Of a DNA stretch of 64,000 nucleotides, positions 39,292 to 52,537 are shown piece after piece. The position numbers and the translations under genes were made by a program. Source of the DNA: Squalus acanthias (taxonomy: Eukaryota); contig CM059430.1 of the NCBI GenBank assembly GCA_030390025.1, positions 73,160,001 through 73,224,000 of the forward strand. The letters run 5' to 3'. The notes under the pieces are model-generated. The model saw only the letters and a list, made by a program, of their open reading frames with translations, did not search any database and had not been told where the DNA came from. The stretch's first letter is position 1; each line of letters begins with the position of its first letter.

Positions 39292-39829
39292 TTCTTAACC
39301 AGAACAACCCGCCTTTACTGCTCTGATGTATCGGAACCTTGGTGAGTAGTGGTGTTCAGTTTTATTTCAGAACATTCTCACTGTTCAGAAAAAAGGATTC
39401 CCTAAAACATGTCATACGGATTATCTCCAAGTAAGAGATTCATTCTTCACTCTGTTTTTCTTTCGGTACAGTGCAAGCAACAACTATGCAACCCATCTAC
39501 TTAAAATACTGTATATAAATGGAAATGACAGGGACATTCTACATATTTATTAAAAACAAGCACTCAATATCCAGGATCATGAAAACTAGCATAATTAAAG
39601 TAATGAGACGGATTGTAACGAGGGCGCTGTCGCTCCTTTGCCGTAAATTCTGCGGAAAAGAGCAACAGAAATGCAGGAAAAAGGCGTGAACAGGTGTACA
39701 CCATGTTCAAAACACATTCACTGATAGTTATCTATCTAAAATGATGTTGCGTGCAGTAAGGAACTGAATCCTTGGGGAAGGATAACAGGGGAACAATTAT
39801 AAGTCGTGGTCCATGTTGGATCCAATGAC

Positions 39830-40080
39830 ATAAGAACATAATAACATTAGAAAAAGGAGCAGAAGTAGACCATTTGGCACTTCGAGCCTGCTCCGCCATT
39901 CAATAAGATCAGGGCTGATCCTCTACCTCGTCTCCACTTTCCTGAACTATCCCCAAAGCCCTTGATTCCCTGAAAATTCAAAAATCTATCGATCTCTGTC
40001 TTGAAAATATTCAACGACTGTGCCTCCATAGCCATCTGGGGTACAGAATTCCAAATATTCACCACTCGCTGAGTGAAGAA
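39830..40080 (-). mobile_element. CR1 3' end
   Basis: VNIWNSVPQ..FKTEIDRFL; tail repeat. Confidence 0.8.
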
Positions 40081-40084
40081 AGTT

Positions 40085-43045
40085 ATAGGTGGAAGGGAAC
40101 CAAAATGAAGAGGGGAGAAATAAGGTACACAGAGGACAGGGCAGTATTCGAATAAAGATCAGCTCAGTAATAGGAGCATAAAGACAAAGGAGCATTACAA
40201 AGCTAATCTAGGCGTATTTGGTGTGTATGTGCGTAAATTCACAGAGATTGGCCAAAAAGCTTGCTGTGTTGCAGGCACAAGTTGCCACATGTGATTATGA
40301 TACAGCAGCAACACGGAGATCTGGCTCATACAAGGGCAGGAATAGAATCTTAACTTTCCTGGCTACAATATATTCAGCAGAAATAGAGAAGGGAGTAAAG
40401 GAGGGGTGATTGCAGTATTAATCAAATATAGTGTTACAGCCGTGGAAAGGGATGATGTGCTGGAGGGTTCAAAGGCAGAATCTATTTGGTTCGTGTTACT
40501 GGGCAAAAGAGGAGCTGTGACACTGCTGGCTGTATATTATAGACCACTAAATAGTAGGAAGGAGACACAAGGTAATTTGTAGTCGAATTTCAGCAGATCA
40601 GTGATATTGGAGGACATCAATGATCCTCATTCAGACTGAGAACAAACAGTGTAAAGGGCAAAGAGGGGAAGGAATTCCTGAAATCTGTACAGCAGAATCT
40701 TCTTGATCAGTATGTTTCCAGCCTAACGAGGAAGGCAGCAGTGTTGGATCTAATGCTGGAGAATAAAGTGGTGCAGTGTTGCTAATTTCAGTGAGAGAGA
40801 ATTTGGGAATAAATGATCATAATCTCTTACGTTTTATAGTTATTGAAAAGGACTAAGAACAATCAAGGGCGAAAATGCTCAACTCGAAGAGGGCTCATGT
40901 GATTGAGTTAAAACGGGATCTGGGCCAAGTAAACTGGAAAGAAAGATTGGAAGCAAAGATGGACAGTAAAAACAATAAATGCGCCCAATGGGAGGACTTC
41001 AAAGAGGAGATGGTTCGGGTACAGACTAGATACATTCCGATCAGAGGGTAAGGAAGGGCATCATTATAAAAATGGAGATTAAAATGAAACCGAAAAAGAG
41101 GCTTAAGATAAATGACGGGTTCATAGTACAGTAGAGAATCAAGCTGAAACCTGAGAGTGCAAAGGCGAACCGATAACGGAAATAAGAGGGGCAGAGGGAA
41201 TCTATGAGAATAGAATAGCATGAAACATAAAATGAAACACTGAAGTATTTTTATAATCATATAAAGATAAAAAAAGATAGTCATACGAAACCTGGGGCCG
41301 ATTAACGGCCAAAATGGAAATCAAGTGTAGGCAGAGGGCATGGCTGAGGCATTGGATGAGTATTTTGCTTCTGTCTTCAGTAAAGAAAAGGATACTAACA
41401 ATGTTATAGTAAAGAGAGAGAGATTAGATAGATTGGAACGGATAAAAATAGATAAAGAGGAGATACTGAAACGATTGGCAGCACTCAAAGTAGAATAGTT
41501 AGCCAGTACGGAAGTGATGCGTCCTAAACTGCTGAGCAAAGTAAGGGTGGAAATAACGAAGGCTCTGTTCACAATATTTCAATACCCCTTGCAAATGGGA
41601 TCGGATAAAGAACACTGGAAGGCTGCAAATGTTACACGCCTCTTCAAAATAAGGGGAGCAAGTTAAACCAGATATCTATTGGCAAGTCAGCCTAGCATTG
41701 CTATTGGGAAAACTTCTGGAGACAATAATCCGATACAAATTAATTGTCACTTGGAGAACATGGTTTAATAAACGACAGCCAACACGGATTTCTTTAAGAC
41801 AAATCGTGTCTGGCCTACTTGATTGCGTTTTTTGATGAAATAACGGAGAGTGTTAATGAAGGTAAACCAGTTGCTGTTGTGTATATGGACTTTCAGAAGA
41901 ACTTTAATAAATCAACACATGATAGATTTGTTAGCAAAATTAAAGCCCATGGGATTAAAGGGGCAGTTGCAGCGCGGACACCAAATGGCTAAGAGACAGA
42001 AAGCAGAGAGCAGCGGTGAACGGGTTTTGTTTCACTGGAGGGACGTATACAGTGGTGTCCCGCAGGGGTCGGTATTAGGACCACTGCTCTTTTGATATAT
42101 TAATTACCTGGACTTGGTTAGGTGCATAATTTAACATTTTGTGGATGACCCAAAGCTTGTAAGTGTAGAAAACAGTGAAGATTATAATAGCTGAATTCAG
42201 GAGGATATAGACAGACTTGTGAAATGGGCAGAAGCGAGCCAGATGAAATTTAATGCAGAGGTTTGTGAATTGATGCATTTTGGAAGGAAAAACGAGGTAA
42301 GGTAATGTAAACGCATTGGTAAAATTTTAATGGGTTACAGCAACAGCGAGACCTAAGGTTTCACATATACAAATTTCTGGAGGTGGCAGGAAAATTTCAA
42401 AAGCTGTTGCAAAAACATACGGGGCTTTTTAAGTAGAGGCATAGAGTACAAAAACAAGGAAGTTATGGTAAAAGATAATCATTTACTGGTTAGACGTCAT
42501 TTAGAGTATTTGTTTTCAAGTCTTGGCACCAGACTTTGGAAAGAATGTCAAGGCCTGGGGACGGTGCAGAAGAGATTTACCAGAATATTAGCAGGAATGG
42601 AGAATATTCAGTTATCTAGAGAGACTAGAGGATCTGGGATAATTCTCCTTAGGGCAAAGAACGTTAAGGGAGGAGATGTAATAAAGGTGTTTAAAATTGT
42701 ACGCGCTTTTGATAGAGTAGATAGGGAGAAACTGTTTCCACAGGGCGGAAGATCGGTAACCAGGACACAGATTTAAGATAATTGGGGGGAAAAAAGCCAG
42801 GGGGGAGATGCTGATAATTTATTTTACTCAGTGAGTTGTTATGAACTGCAATTCATTGACTGAAATTATGGTGGAGTTCGATTAAATAGTAATTTCAAAA
42901 TAGAATTAGATAAATACTTGAAAAGGCCATTTGCAGGGATATTGTGCAAGTGTATAGAGTGGAATTAATTGGTAGCTGTTTCAGAGAGCCGACACAGAGA
43001 CGATGGGCCAAATGGCCTCCTTCTGTGCTATATGATCCTATGACT
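40085..43045 (+). mobile_element. Long decayed CR1 LINE (endonuclease to 3' tail)
   Basis: YYRPLNS-type endonuclease motif, [13 protein letters not shown], 3' ggccaaatggcctccttctgtgc. Confidence 0.85.
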
Positions 43046-44153
43046 AGCAATTAAAGTGCAAAAAGCAGCCGCCAGCAGTAACTGTTTGGAATAAAGAATA
43101 TCAACCGCATAGAATGTGTGACAAAACCTTGTCGTGCAACATAAACTGCTCAACCAAGCGACACAAAGGAAAAGAAGCTGAGAATCTAGTGGTGATCTGA
43201 GTTCAAAACCGCAAGGTTTTGATAATGTTATTGGTTTGCAAATACTGTACACGAAAATATGCGTGAAAATATTCTGTCAAAATAAAACTGTTTAGTTAAA
43301 TTTGATGAGTGACTTTAGAAGTTCAGAAAACGTTAATAGTCTTTTGAGTTATCTCGAATATTATAAGCCATTGTTGAGATGTTATAATGCAAGGATTGTG
43401 ATGAACATAATAGAAACTGGGCTCATCAACCTTTAAATAAGGCGACTGAGAGGCTACGTTACAGAGTACTTCCTCAGTAATTATAATGGTGCGCGATATC
43501 CTTTCTTAACTTCCATGGCATTTGGGAGAATTCACTACACGAACCTCCTCCTTAATCTATTCTCTCCGGTATACAATCTGTATTGTGATTGAGTTCTACA
43601 AGCCCCATAGTAGCTACTTTACCTCCAACAATGGGTACTTTTCACAACGCTACAGCTCATCAGTGACATGTTGTGTGAATTTACACCCCTCTCCAGCAGT
43701 TAATGGCCTGCGCCTGGCCTATTTCAGACTAACCTTGAGCTGATTCCACTACGAGCCACACACCAGATGGGCTGGACGTATTGCCATGTTTTAATTGCAA
43801 TTTTAGCGTTATCTCACATGTATGCACAAACCTTCCAGAAGAGCAGCAGTAGATCTAAATTCAAATTGTAAGTTTCTGAAGACGACGAAGAATATTGAAA
43901 GTCGGTAAGGTACGAAACTTTCTTAAGTAATTTTCTTCTGTTCGTGCGTTCAACAAACCTGTTTTTTGTATATTTCCTGAGTGAGAGTTGCAGGAGCGGA
44001 ACAGGGAACCAATGCACTGCGCGTTGTAAGCGGAGCTTTCACCCTGCCAAGCCCAGTTCCTCAGCGGGCTGGAAATCGCTTTAGAAATGTTAACATCTTA
44101 CACGTCACTGTAACTGTAGTCACATTGGAGTTTCGAAAACTATAAACTCAGTG

Positions 44154-44220
44154 ATGTTTTAAAGTTTGTTTCGGAACGTTGCGGTTCTGTATTGTGCCAT
44201 GCTTGGGATGTTCTGCACAG
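44154..44220 (+). pseudogene. Gene B exon 1, leader MF*SLFRNVAVLYCAMLGMFCT
   Basis: ATG TTT TAA then a hydrophobic leader; CAG|GTATGT donor in phase 1; downstream in-frame ATGs at 44199 and 44208. Confidence 0.7.
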
Positions 44221-44434
44221 GTATGTGACCGATTTATAACAGGTTATGCAGTAGCAAAATATCGGAAATTGATCAACCTTTATATTTGTCTTTGTCCTGT
44301 TTTATTGGTCACCTATTAAACGTTGTGCTTTAAATTGCCGTATTGTGCTCATCACTGCTTTGTTCTGCATTTTAACTCTTCATATTCTGCTGTTTTTCAA
44401 GTAAATATTCTGCTATGATATCTATTTCCGACAG

Positions 44435-44755
44435 CTGCCCAAGATGTTTCCCTGAAATTCACTCAGTTCCCCGAATGTGTAGCGTTGAAAAGGGGTGAAA
44501 ACGTTACCCTACTTGCCACGTTATCTGGATTCAAGAAGGACGAGGAAATAAATGCTTTCTGGGGCAAGGTCGCAGACGAGAAATTGATAACAGTAACGCC
44601 TGACAACCGTAGAAAATTTGAAGCTCTACAGAATGGAACAGTTTCCTTTCATCTGCAGAATGTGACATTCCAGGACTCTGGAGTGTATAAAAGCAGATTG
44701 CAAGTTGGGACATTCGAATTTGTTGATGGATGCGGCACAGAACTAATTGTATATC
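44435..44755 (+). CDS. Gene B exon 2, atypical V-set domain with J-like GCGTELIV
   Basis: acAG acceptor; KFTQFPEC...GENVTLLAT...AFWGK...FHLQNVTFQDSGVYKSR...DGCGTELIVY; donor C|GTAAGT; frame open throughout. Confidence 0.88.
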
Positions 44756-44834
44756 GTAAGTGGCGTTCCATACCAATCTAAATGTCGATAAAACTCAGAA
44801 ATATTGGAAGATAACTTGATGGACGGATATATAA

Positions 44835-44901
<67 letters not shown>

Positions 44902-44917
44902 CACACACACACACACA
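44835..44917. repeat. Compound microsatellite (GATA)n(GACA)n(CA)n
   Basis: Direct observation. Confidence 0.95.
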
Positions 44918-44949
44918 GTATTTCTAGTAAAATTCAATAGCACAGATGT

Positions 44950-45280
44950 GTGGACTCCGAAAAGCATTTCCACCATCAACAAGGCACAAGTCAGGATTGT
45001 GATGGGATTCTCTCCAAATGCCTGGATGACTGCAACTCCAACAACACTCACGAAGCTCGACAGCATCCAGGACAAAGCATCCCGCTTGATTATCACCCAA
45101 TCTACCACCTTAAACATTCACTCCATCCACAACCGGCGCACCGTGGCTGCAGTGTGTATCATCTACAAGATGCACTGCAGCAACTCGCCAAGGCTTCTGC
45201 GGCAGCACCACCCAAACCCGCGACCGCTACCAACTTGAAGGACAAGGACAGCATGCGCGTGGTAACACCATCACCTGCAA
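44950..45280 (+). mobile_element. Family B LINE fragment
   Basis: KAQVR..AWMTATPTTLTKLDSIQDKASR. Confidence 0.85.
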
Positions 45281-46487
45281 GGATACAAGGATACTCGATG
45301 CCCAGGATATTCAAAGGGAGATTCTAGTAACTCCGGAAAAACAGCGCAAGTGCTAAAAGCGCGGTTTCTCCAGGATTTGAAATTATTTAAACCGAGGTTA
45401 CGGTGGAAGAAAGGGAAAACTCGTCGGGAATGAGAAGTCCGTATGTTTTTTTTCGTGCTGTAAATTTCTGCTACTTAACATAAAGGAGACATATTGACTT
45501 TTTTCTAATGAAAATTAAAAGGCGGGAATTAGGAGAATAATGTTACACGCAAAGATTATTTTGTAATAGGGAATACTTGTTCACAGATAGTGCTCAATGC
45601 TAAATCGATCACTAGATTTGAAACACCACTGAAAAATGATTAAAGGTGAATGATGTTAAGATGTGGGGAGAAGGAGGAAATTAGGAATGCATCAGTCCCG
45701 TTTCAGATCAAAATTCGGCAAAGACAAAAAAATCCATGTAACATTCTCTGGCGATAAGATCTCTACGGTCTCGAAGTAAAGTGGGGCTGCCACCGGGTCA
45801 CCGTCAAAAGCTCCAGAGCAACGTGATAAATGAATGAAAACGGACGGTTATATACGCCTCTGAGGTTTCTCCAAGTTTCCCATTTGAAGTAATAGCGGTA
45901 ACCTGGTGGGTATTGCGCGGAATTTTAGTTCCATTGTCCCTATCGAAAATTTGACACATCGGCTTGATCAGTTACTGGGCACATTTGGAAAACAGGGAGA
46001 TGCTTAAAGGAAATACGGTTCGATTAGTATTCTAGAGGTGGAAATCAAATGTGCAGAAGGGCTTTTATCATTGGACCATGTCTTTATATTATGCAATATT
46101 TTATTTCGAGTAAAGAAACATCAGTAGTTGATTGAGAACATTTTTAAACTGCCGCAAAAATAAAGCGATTTTAACCATAAGTGAAATGGAGATGAGCTCT
46201 ATGAAACTTTTGACAACAGAGTTAACTATACAGCAGAAGATTTCTTTAACTGACAATCATATTTATAAAATATCATGAGCCTGTACATTTTAAATTGACA
46301 TTAATTATAGTTGCGTAGTTAACATACTGAAAATATAAGCGCCAACTTTATATAATAACCGTGTTAATGTGAAATTGGACATGGTTCTCTTTCAGCTGAA
46401 TGTTGACTTCCTTATTGTTGTTTGGATCTCAGTCCACACTGGTTATCAAATGAACTGAAGATAAAATGTCGAATTATTTTTCCACAG

Positions 46488-46793
46488 TTCCTCCGACGCC
46501 TTTACAGATCTTCTCCTTTGTGCTTAGAACTGTGTAATCGACTTCTTTGACGCTTGAGTGTAAAACGGCTGCGTTTTTCCCGGAAAAGCTGAACATCACT
46601 TGGTTTAAAAATGGATCCGAAATTCAGAGCGGTATGGAACAAAATAAAAAACAGAACACAGCGGGACTGTATGAAGTTTCCAGTTATCTCCATGAAACAG
46701 GTTATTTGCATAGCGGAACGAATTATACCTGTCAGATATCACACGTCTCTCTTCACACTGGCGTACGTGTATATCACGTTATTCACTTTTCAG
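46488..46793 (+). pseudogene. Gene B exon 3, C1-set domain with in-frame TAA
   Basis: LECKTAAFFP...ITWFKNG...GLYEVSSYL...YTCQISHVSL; about 42/101 ungapped identities to gene A C1 by hand count; TAA at 46535; donor CAG|GTAAGT. Confidence 0.9.
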
Positions 46794-49700
46794 GTAAGTG
46801 GCATGCATGTTTCTCAATTAAAATGACGTCTATAATTTCTATATAATAAATAGAAAAACTGTCTTAATATAACTGAGATTCATCATCATGGACTGCGGGC
46901 GCCACTTTGCGCTTCCTTTGCTTCTTTTGTTTATGTGCCAGGCTAACCGATTTCGGGAAATCATTCCAATTACAGTTATGACGATCTGGGCCTTTCCTTA
47001 GCAGGTACATTTGTACATTTATCAGAAGTACGACTTCTACATTTTTGTCCCATTCCCAGCCCGGATATCGGCAACTTTCCGTCCCAATTGATAATGAGCA
47101 AGTACCGAAAATGCATCAACCTGCGACGTCCTGGTCCCTAATCTCTGGCGGATTCTACAAATCTCTCGCCAAAGACCGCCCTCCCCCCCTGTCCCCCCAC
47201 ACCCCGGTGAAATTCGGGCCCGACTGCCTGCTGCTTGCACGGGGATTTAGGCAGATTGTCCGAAGTTGGCAGATCATCCGCTAAAGTTAAAGGTCGAGTC
47301 GGAAAAAAATCCTATCCCGAAAATTCCACTATTATGTATTCAGACCTTAGGTGGGTGCTGCATTAACTGACCGAGCGTTTCAGGAATTTGAGATTAATGG
47401 ATAAATCTTTCAGAACTCGGGCATCGTTCCATAAGGCTGGTAACAGTACTATTTGTTTATCTAATATTCATTATTGTGCAAAATGAAGGTGAAGTTTCAG
47501 TTGCACAGAAACATTTCCTTAAATTTAAGTTAAACATGTTCCAGAATTACAACATTTCAATCAAAATGAGACGTGTGTCCATCAGTTGCACTGATTTTCG
47601 AGTATTACATGATTATCAGCAATACAGCAGATTAACAATATTTTTGCGTGCAGTCCCAATTGTGCCCATTTATAGACACTTCTGTAACAAATACATTTAA
47701 TTAAAGTTGCGGGACTACACCGTCATAAGCAGGAAATCATTCATTGACACTGACATAAATCGAAACAATACAAATGAAACACTTCTCCTAATGAAAAGTA
47801 ATCACTAACAGTGACAGTCTGTCTCTGTTAATCGTTTAACTATTTGATGGCTTTAGCCATATATATCTATATATTATTGAATAGTTTGGGCCTGAATTCC
47901 AGAAGGGTTGCCACGGTCCGCTGACTTACAATCGTTGGGAGATCGGCGGAACCATTGGAGCAAAGCGGACGAAAAGGGATGTCATGAGATGTTTATGAAC
48001 TTTACCCCGGATTCCCCTGATTTCCCGGCGAAGCTACGTCCGCAGCTGGGTAAAGCGGCCGAGGATACCTGCGGCTGTTAATTTTTTCAGCTACAGTTTT
48101 TTATTTGTGCAGCAACTGAAATAACTAATATGAACTTTAATAAATTATACAACATAGGGAACACAAAGTGCCATCTATTAAGAAATAGCATATATCGAAT
48201 TAATTGTCTTTCCGTCTTTCATTTAGGCAATTAGTTATTATTTGAATGCCTCCAAATGTATAGACTTGGCATTAATATTTTTGCGCAGCTTTTTCACACT
48301 CTGAGCTGTAATTAAGTTATGCATTCTGAGCATGTTAAGTATAATAGTAGCATTTAGACAGCTGTTTATTAATCCACAAAAGGACAAATGTTAGAATATT
48401 TATTGCATCCAGAAGAGTTTATATTCAGTTTTTAAAGAAGACATCTTTGTGCGTGTGTCTGTGTGAACGAGTGGATTTGACAAAAAAACAGCATTACGAT
48501 CACACGTTGTTATTGTCTTATGTTTTGTGCTACATAAACTACAGAAAGTTTTTTAAATTGAGGAACAGAGAAACATAGAAACATCCTTATGTCAGGGATT
48601 GCGAGAACCAAGGCACACCAGAAAGCGAGAGAAGGAGAGGGACATAAATGGAGAGCTCATTTCTTTCTTCGGGTGAATATTTTTAACAAAATAAAGTTTA
48701 ATTTTAAGCAATCTCATTGTCTCGCCTGTGGTTTGTGTTTTCGTGACATTTACTAAGGTGAATTTCCAATTCTTTATAGCTGCCAGACAAACATTCTAAT
48801 GCAAACACTTGAGGGTCAGAGGCAGAGGAAGTAATTTTAACTTGTATGGCTAGGCTAAATGTCCACAGAAAACTGACCAGGGTGCAAAACGATCTTCCAA
48901 TTCGTTTTCACCTATTATGTGCTCAGAACTAAAAGTTAAAATTACCTCAGGGATACAGATAGGGGGAGAGGCAGATAACCAGAGATTATTCTTCATTCGA
49001 ATTTAATTTCTTTCAAAAGAGCAATTTACACTAAATGCAGGCTCTTCCAAGGAAAGGAATACGAAGGTTGAGCATTAGTACTAGGCATAATGTTGAAAAT
49101 GGTAAAGGTGTCATAGAGCTCTCAGCGGAGGAGTGGGATTAATGAGATAGCTCTTTTAAATAGGTGGCAGACTTGATAGGCCGAGCAGCCTTCTTCTGTG
49201 CTGTAAGATTCGATGATTGTACGATTCATCAAATACCAAGAAGGAATGAATGGAAGTACAGACGTGACGAAGTGCAGAGAGGATTTAAGTTAAGGTGAGC
49301 GACAGTGAATCAAGTGTACAGGAGTATTTAGGGTATGAGTGGGTCGTTCACTAAGGAAGCCACAGAGAAAAGATCAGAGTGAGGAGTGCTCAGAAGGGAA
49401 GGTCGCAGTGGAAACGTAATGGGAGAAGCATAGCAGCAAGACGGTGGATGAATCATAAATACTGGGAGAGAGGAGGGGAAATAAGTCACTGATGGCCAGA
49501 GTTTCCCTGTAATCCCACCCAAAATGCAACCCGGAGCATGAGTTACCCTTTCCTCTTTCACAGCACATTATGCCACTCACCAACTCCAACATCCGCGGAT
49601 AGAGCATACATTCAGAGAACGTAGCAGAAGAGGATTGAAAGAGAAACGGAACTAACTTAGGGGCAGAGAGCTAAAGGGGAAAGAGAAGGAGAGAGAAGTA

Positions 49701-50160
49701 GAAGAGCGGAGGCAGAGAGAGATACCAAGACAAATGTCACAGATAAGGGGGATTCCATGAGGTATCTCTGATCTGGCGTCAGAATTCAAATGCGAGTCGA
49801 GCGAAAACCTCAGAGAAATAATGTACACAAACAAACCTAGACATTTAAACTATTTATCTGGGTTTGCTGCTAATCTCCCGTCGAAGTGCGGGGTGGGGGT
49901 GGGGGAAAGTGCGACAGTCCCGCACAATTTTAGCGTCTAGCCATTTCTCTGGGATTGCCACTAATCTCCAGCCAAAATTATTGCGAGACCCCGAGGCGAC
50001 CTCCGCAGAATTTCAGAGCTTATTTCTATATGTCTTTATTAACCTTACATTTCTTTTGAATTCAGAGTCTGATCATTCACAGCGCCAGGCTTGTAAAAGT
50101 AATATCACCTCTTTTATCTATCAGTTAGATTTTTAGGTGGAAGTTCTGTTTATCTTGCAG

Positions 50161-50274
50161 ATACGTATCATGGTTTTCCACTCCTGTTCCTGTATCTCCG
50201 TTTAGGATTTGGAATTTTTATTCTACTACTGGTAATCACCATTTTGAAGCTACTGAAATTACATAGACTCAAAG
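50161..50274 (+). CDS. Gene B exon 4, TM with Arg (DTYHGFPLLFLYLRLGFGIFILLLVITILKLLKLHRLK)
   Basis: ttgcAG acceptor, phase 1 to phase 1, hydrophobic helix followed by a basic stop-transfer stretch; GF...RLxxG aligns with the gene A TM. Confidence 0.82.
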
Positions 50275-51121
50275 GTAAAAGTTCACCTTTACTCAAATTT
50301 ATTTATGAGTTAATAATTTCAAAGTATTACGCTGACTATAAAAAGATGGAGAAAATAATAATTGTACCAGTGGAAGTAAAGAGATTAGATCAGAGCGAAG
50401 AGCAATTACCGGCTCTTCAATAAACCAGGCAAATGGTGCAGCCGGTCGATCACTTCTGGAAAAGAAGATATAAGCATCACACCTTTTTATTGATGCTCGC
50501 ATTGGACAGGTGGGCAATAAACTTTCATGCGCAGCCATCAGTCGTTCACGCTAATGTCAGCAGAAACTTGACTGAACTCCCAGAGAAAGGAAATAACTGT
50601 CTCTAAAAATATTGTGTATGTTAGTTTATATAGTTCTCTAGATATGCAGCCGGTTTCATAGCAAAGTTATAGCTGGAGACCCGGAAAACCATGACGATAT
50701 TACAGAGCAATATTTGTAGAATTTCCGCAGGGGTTTTCCCCACCTCTCATTGTAACTTGAGCTGCAACTTATAAATCTAACTGATGCTAACAAGGGTTGC
50801 ATAACTGCTATAAATATGGACTGTGATACATCTCACTCTGACATCAAAGTAAATGCAAGGTTAATAAAGGAATGAAAGATAGAAGCAATAGTCTTCAGTA
50901 ATAAGTAATGCTCCACAGGGCTTGTCCCAATTTTTCGCCAACATTTTGCCAGAATACCGATGTAGCCCTGTGAGTAATAATTGCTGCTGTGATATCTAAA
51001 TAGGTAGGCTCAGATACCCTGTTGGATATCACCATTCTCACGTGGAACTTAGGTGGGAAAATTATGGAAACCCCAGAAACACAGGCACAGGATTTCTCCT
51101 GGGTTCTCAGTCTCCTGCGCT

Positions 51122-52390
51122 ACAACAACAACAATTCATATTTATATAGCGCCTTTAACGGAGTAAAAGGTCCCAAGGCGCTTCACAGGAGCGCCAACAG
51201 ACAAAATTGGACACAGGACCAGTTAAGCAAATATTAGGGCAGATGACCCAAAGCTTTGTCAAAAAGATAGGTTTTAAGGATTGTCTTAAAGGAGTAAAGA
51301 GAGGTAGAGAGTCGGAGAGATTTAGGGAGGGAATGCAAGAGCTTAAGGCCTTGGCAGCTGAAAACACGGCTGCCAACTGTAGATCAATTAAAATCGGGGA
51401 TGCTCGAAGAGGCCAAAACTGTAGGAGCACAGATATCTCAAAGGGTTGTTGGGCTGGAAGACGTTACAGAGATAGGGAGTGGCAAGGCTTAGGAGGGATT
51501 TGTAAAACAATGATGAGAAGTTTAAAACCAAGGCATCGCTTAACCGGGAGTCAATGTTGGTTAGCGAGCCCAGTAGTAATGGTTGAACTGGACTTAGTGC
51601 AAGTTAGGACATGGGCAACAACATTTTGCATGACTTAAAGTTTACCAGGGCAGATCGGGAAAGGCCGGTCATGAGTGCGTTGGAATAGTCAAATCTAGAT
51701 CGAAATTTCGGACAAATAGCGTAACTGCACGTTTACGTGGTTATTCATCCAGAAAAGTCACCCCGTGGCCTTTCCGACGTTCAGTATGAACATTCATGGC
51801 TGGAATTTTAGCAGCGGTTGCCATGCTCTTCCGCCATGTTAAAGGAAAGATCGACAGAAACACGCGTGTAAATAGCGCAATGAACAAAAACATCCCATGC
51901 CGCTTCATTGAAGCCGAAACAGACAAAAATCGAAAGAAGACAAAGAGGGCGATACTTATAGGCTGACCAAAACTTGGTCAAAATGGCACAGGGAGAGTTT
52001 TAAAGGCGCATAGGGTATTCGCGATTAGTTTAACATTGCGAATTCTAGAGATGATGACCTATATGGCTGAAAGCACGGTTGCCAATGATGGATTGTAGCG
52101 ACGGGGCTCCATAAGAAGCAAGAATTGGGCAAAAACAGAGTTCTTAGAGTGTAGTAGGGTTGAAGAAGTTTACAGAGATAGGGCCAATGTTAAATTTCAA
52201 CACAAGGACGCAGTTTAAAATCTGAAGTATTGGCGGACCAAGAGCCAAAATAGGTCAGTTAACAATTGGTGTGGCGTGAGTGAGACCTTGAGCAGGTTTG
52301 GTTATTCGCAGCAGCATTTTGGATGAGCTGAAGTTTCAGGAGGAGTAAGTTCTGGAAAACGAACAGGCACGCATTTTAATCAGATAGTGT
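51122..52390 (-). mobile_element. L2-like LINE 3' fragments (~51122-51700 and ~51950-52390)
   Basis: Tail (ttg)n with gcgctatataaat on the minus strand; degenerate L2-type C-terminus. Confidence 0.65.
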
Positions 52391-52432
52391 ATGTTATGGT
52401 ATTACAGATCGTACAATTTATTTTTGTTTAAG

Positions 52433-52476
52433 GTAAGGACGTAAAATCCTCCTCTGATGCAGAGAAAATAAACTAT
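52433..52476 (+). CDS. Gene B candidate short cytoplasmic exon (GKDVKSSSDAEKINY)
   Basis: tttttgtttaAG acceptor and |GTGAAT donor; bridges the phase 1 TM donor to the phase 0 ITIM exon. Confidence 0.55.
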
Positions 52477-52537
52477 GTGAATCAGTCCAATAGAGCGATG
52501 ATTCTACTGCACCTAACTAGGAGCGTTTTAATACAAT

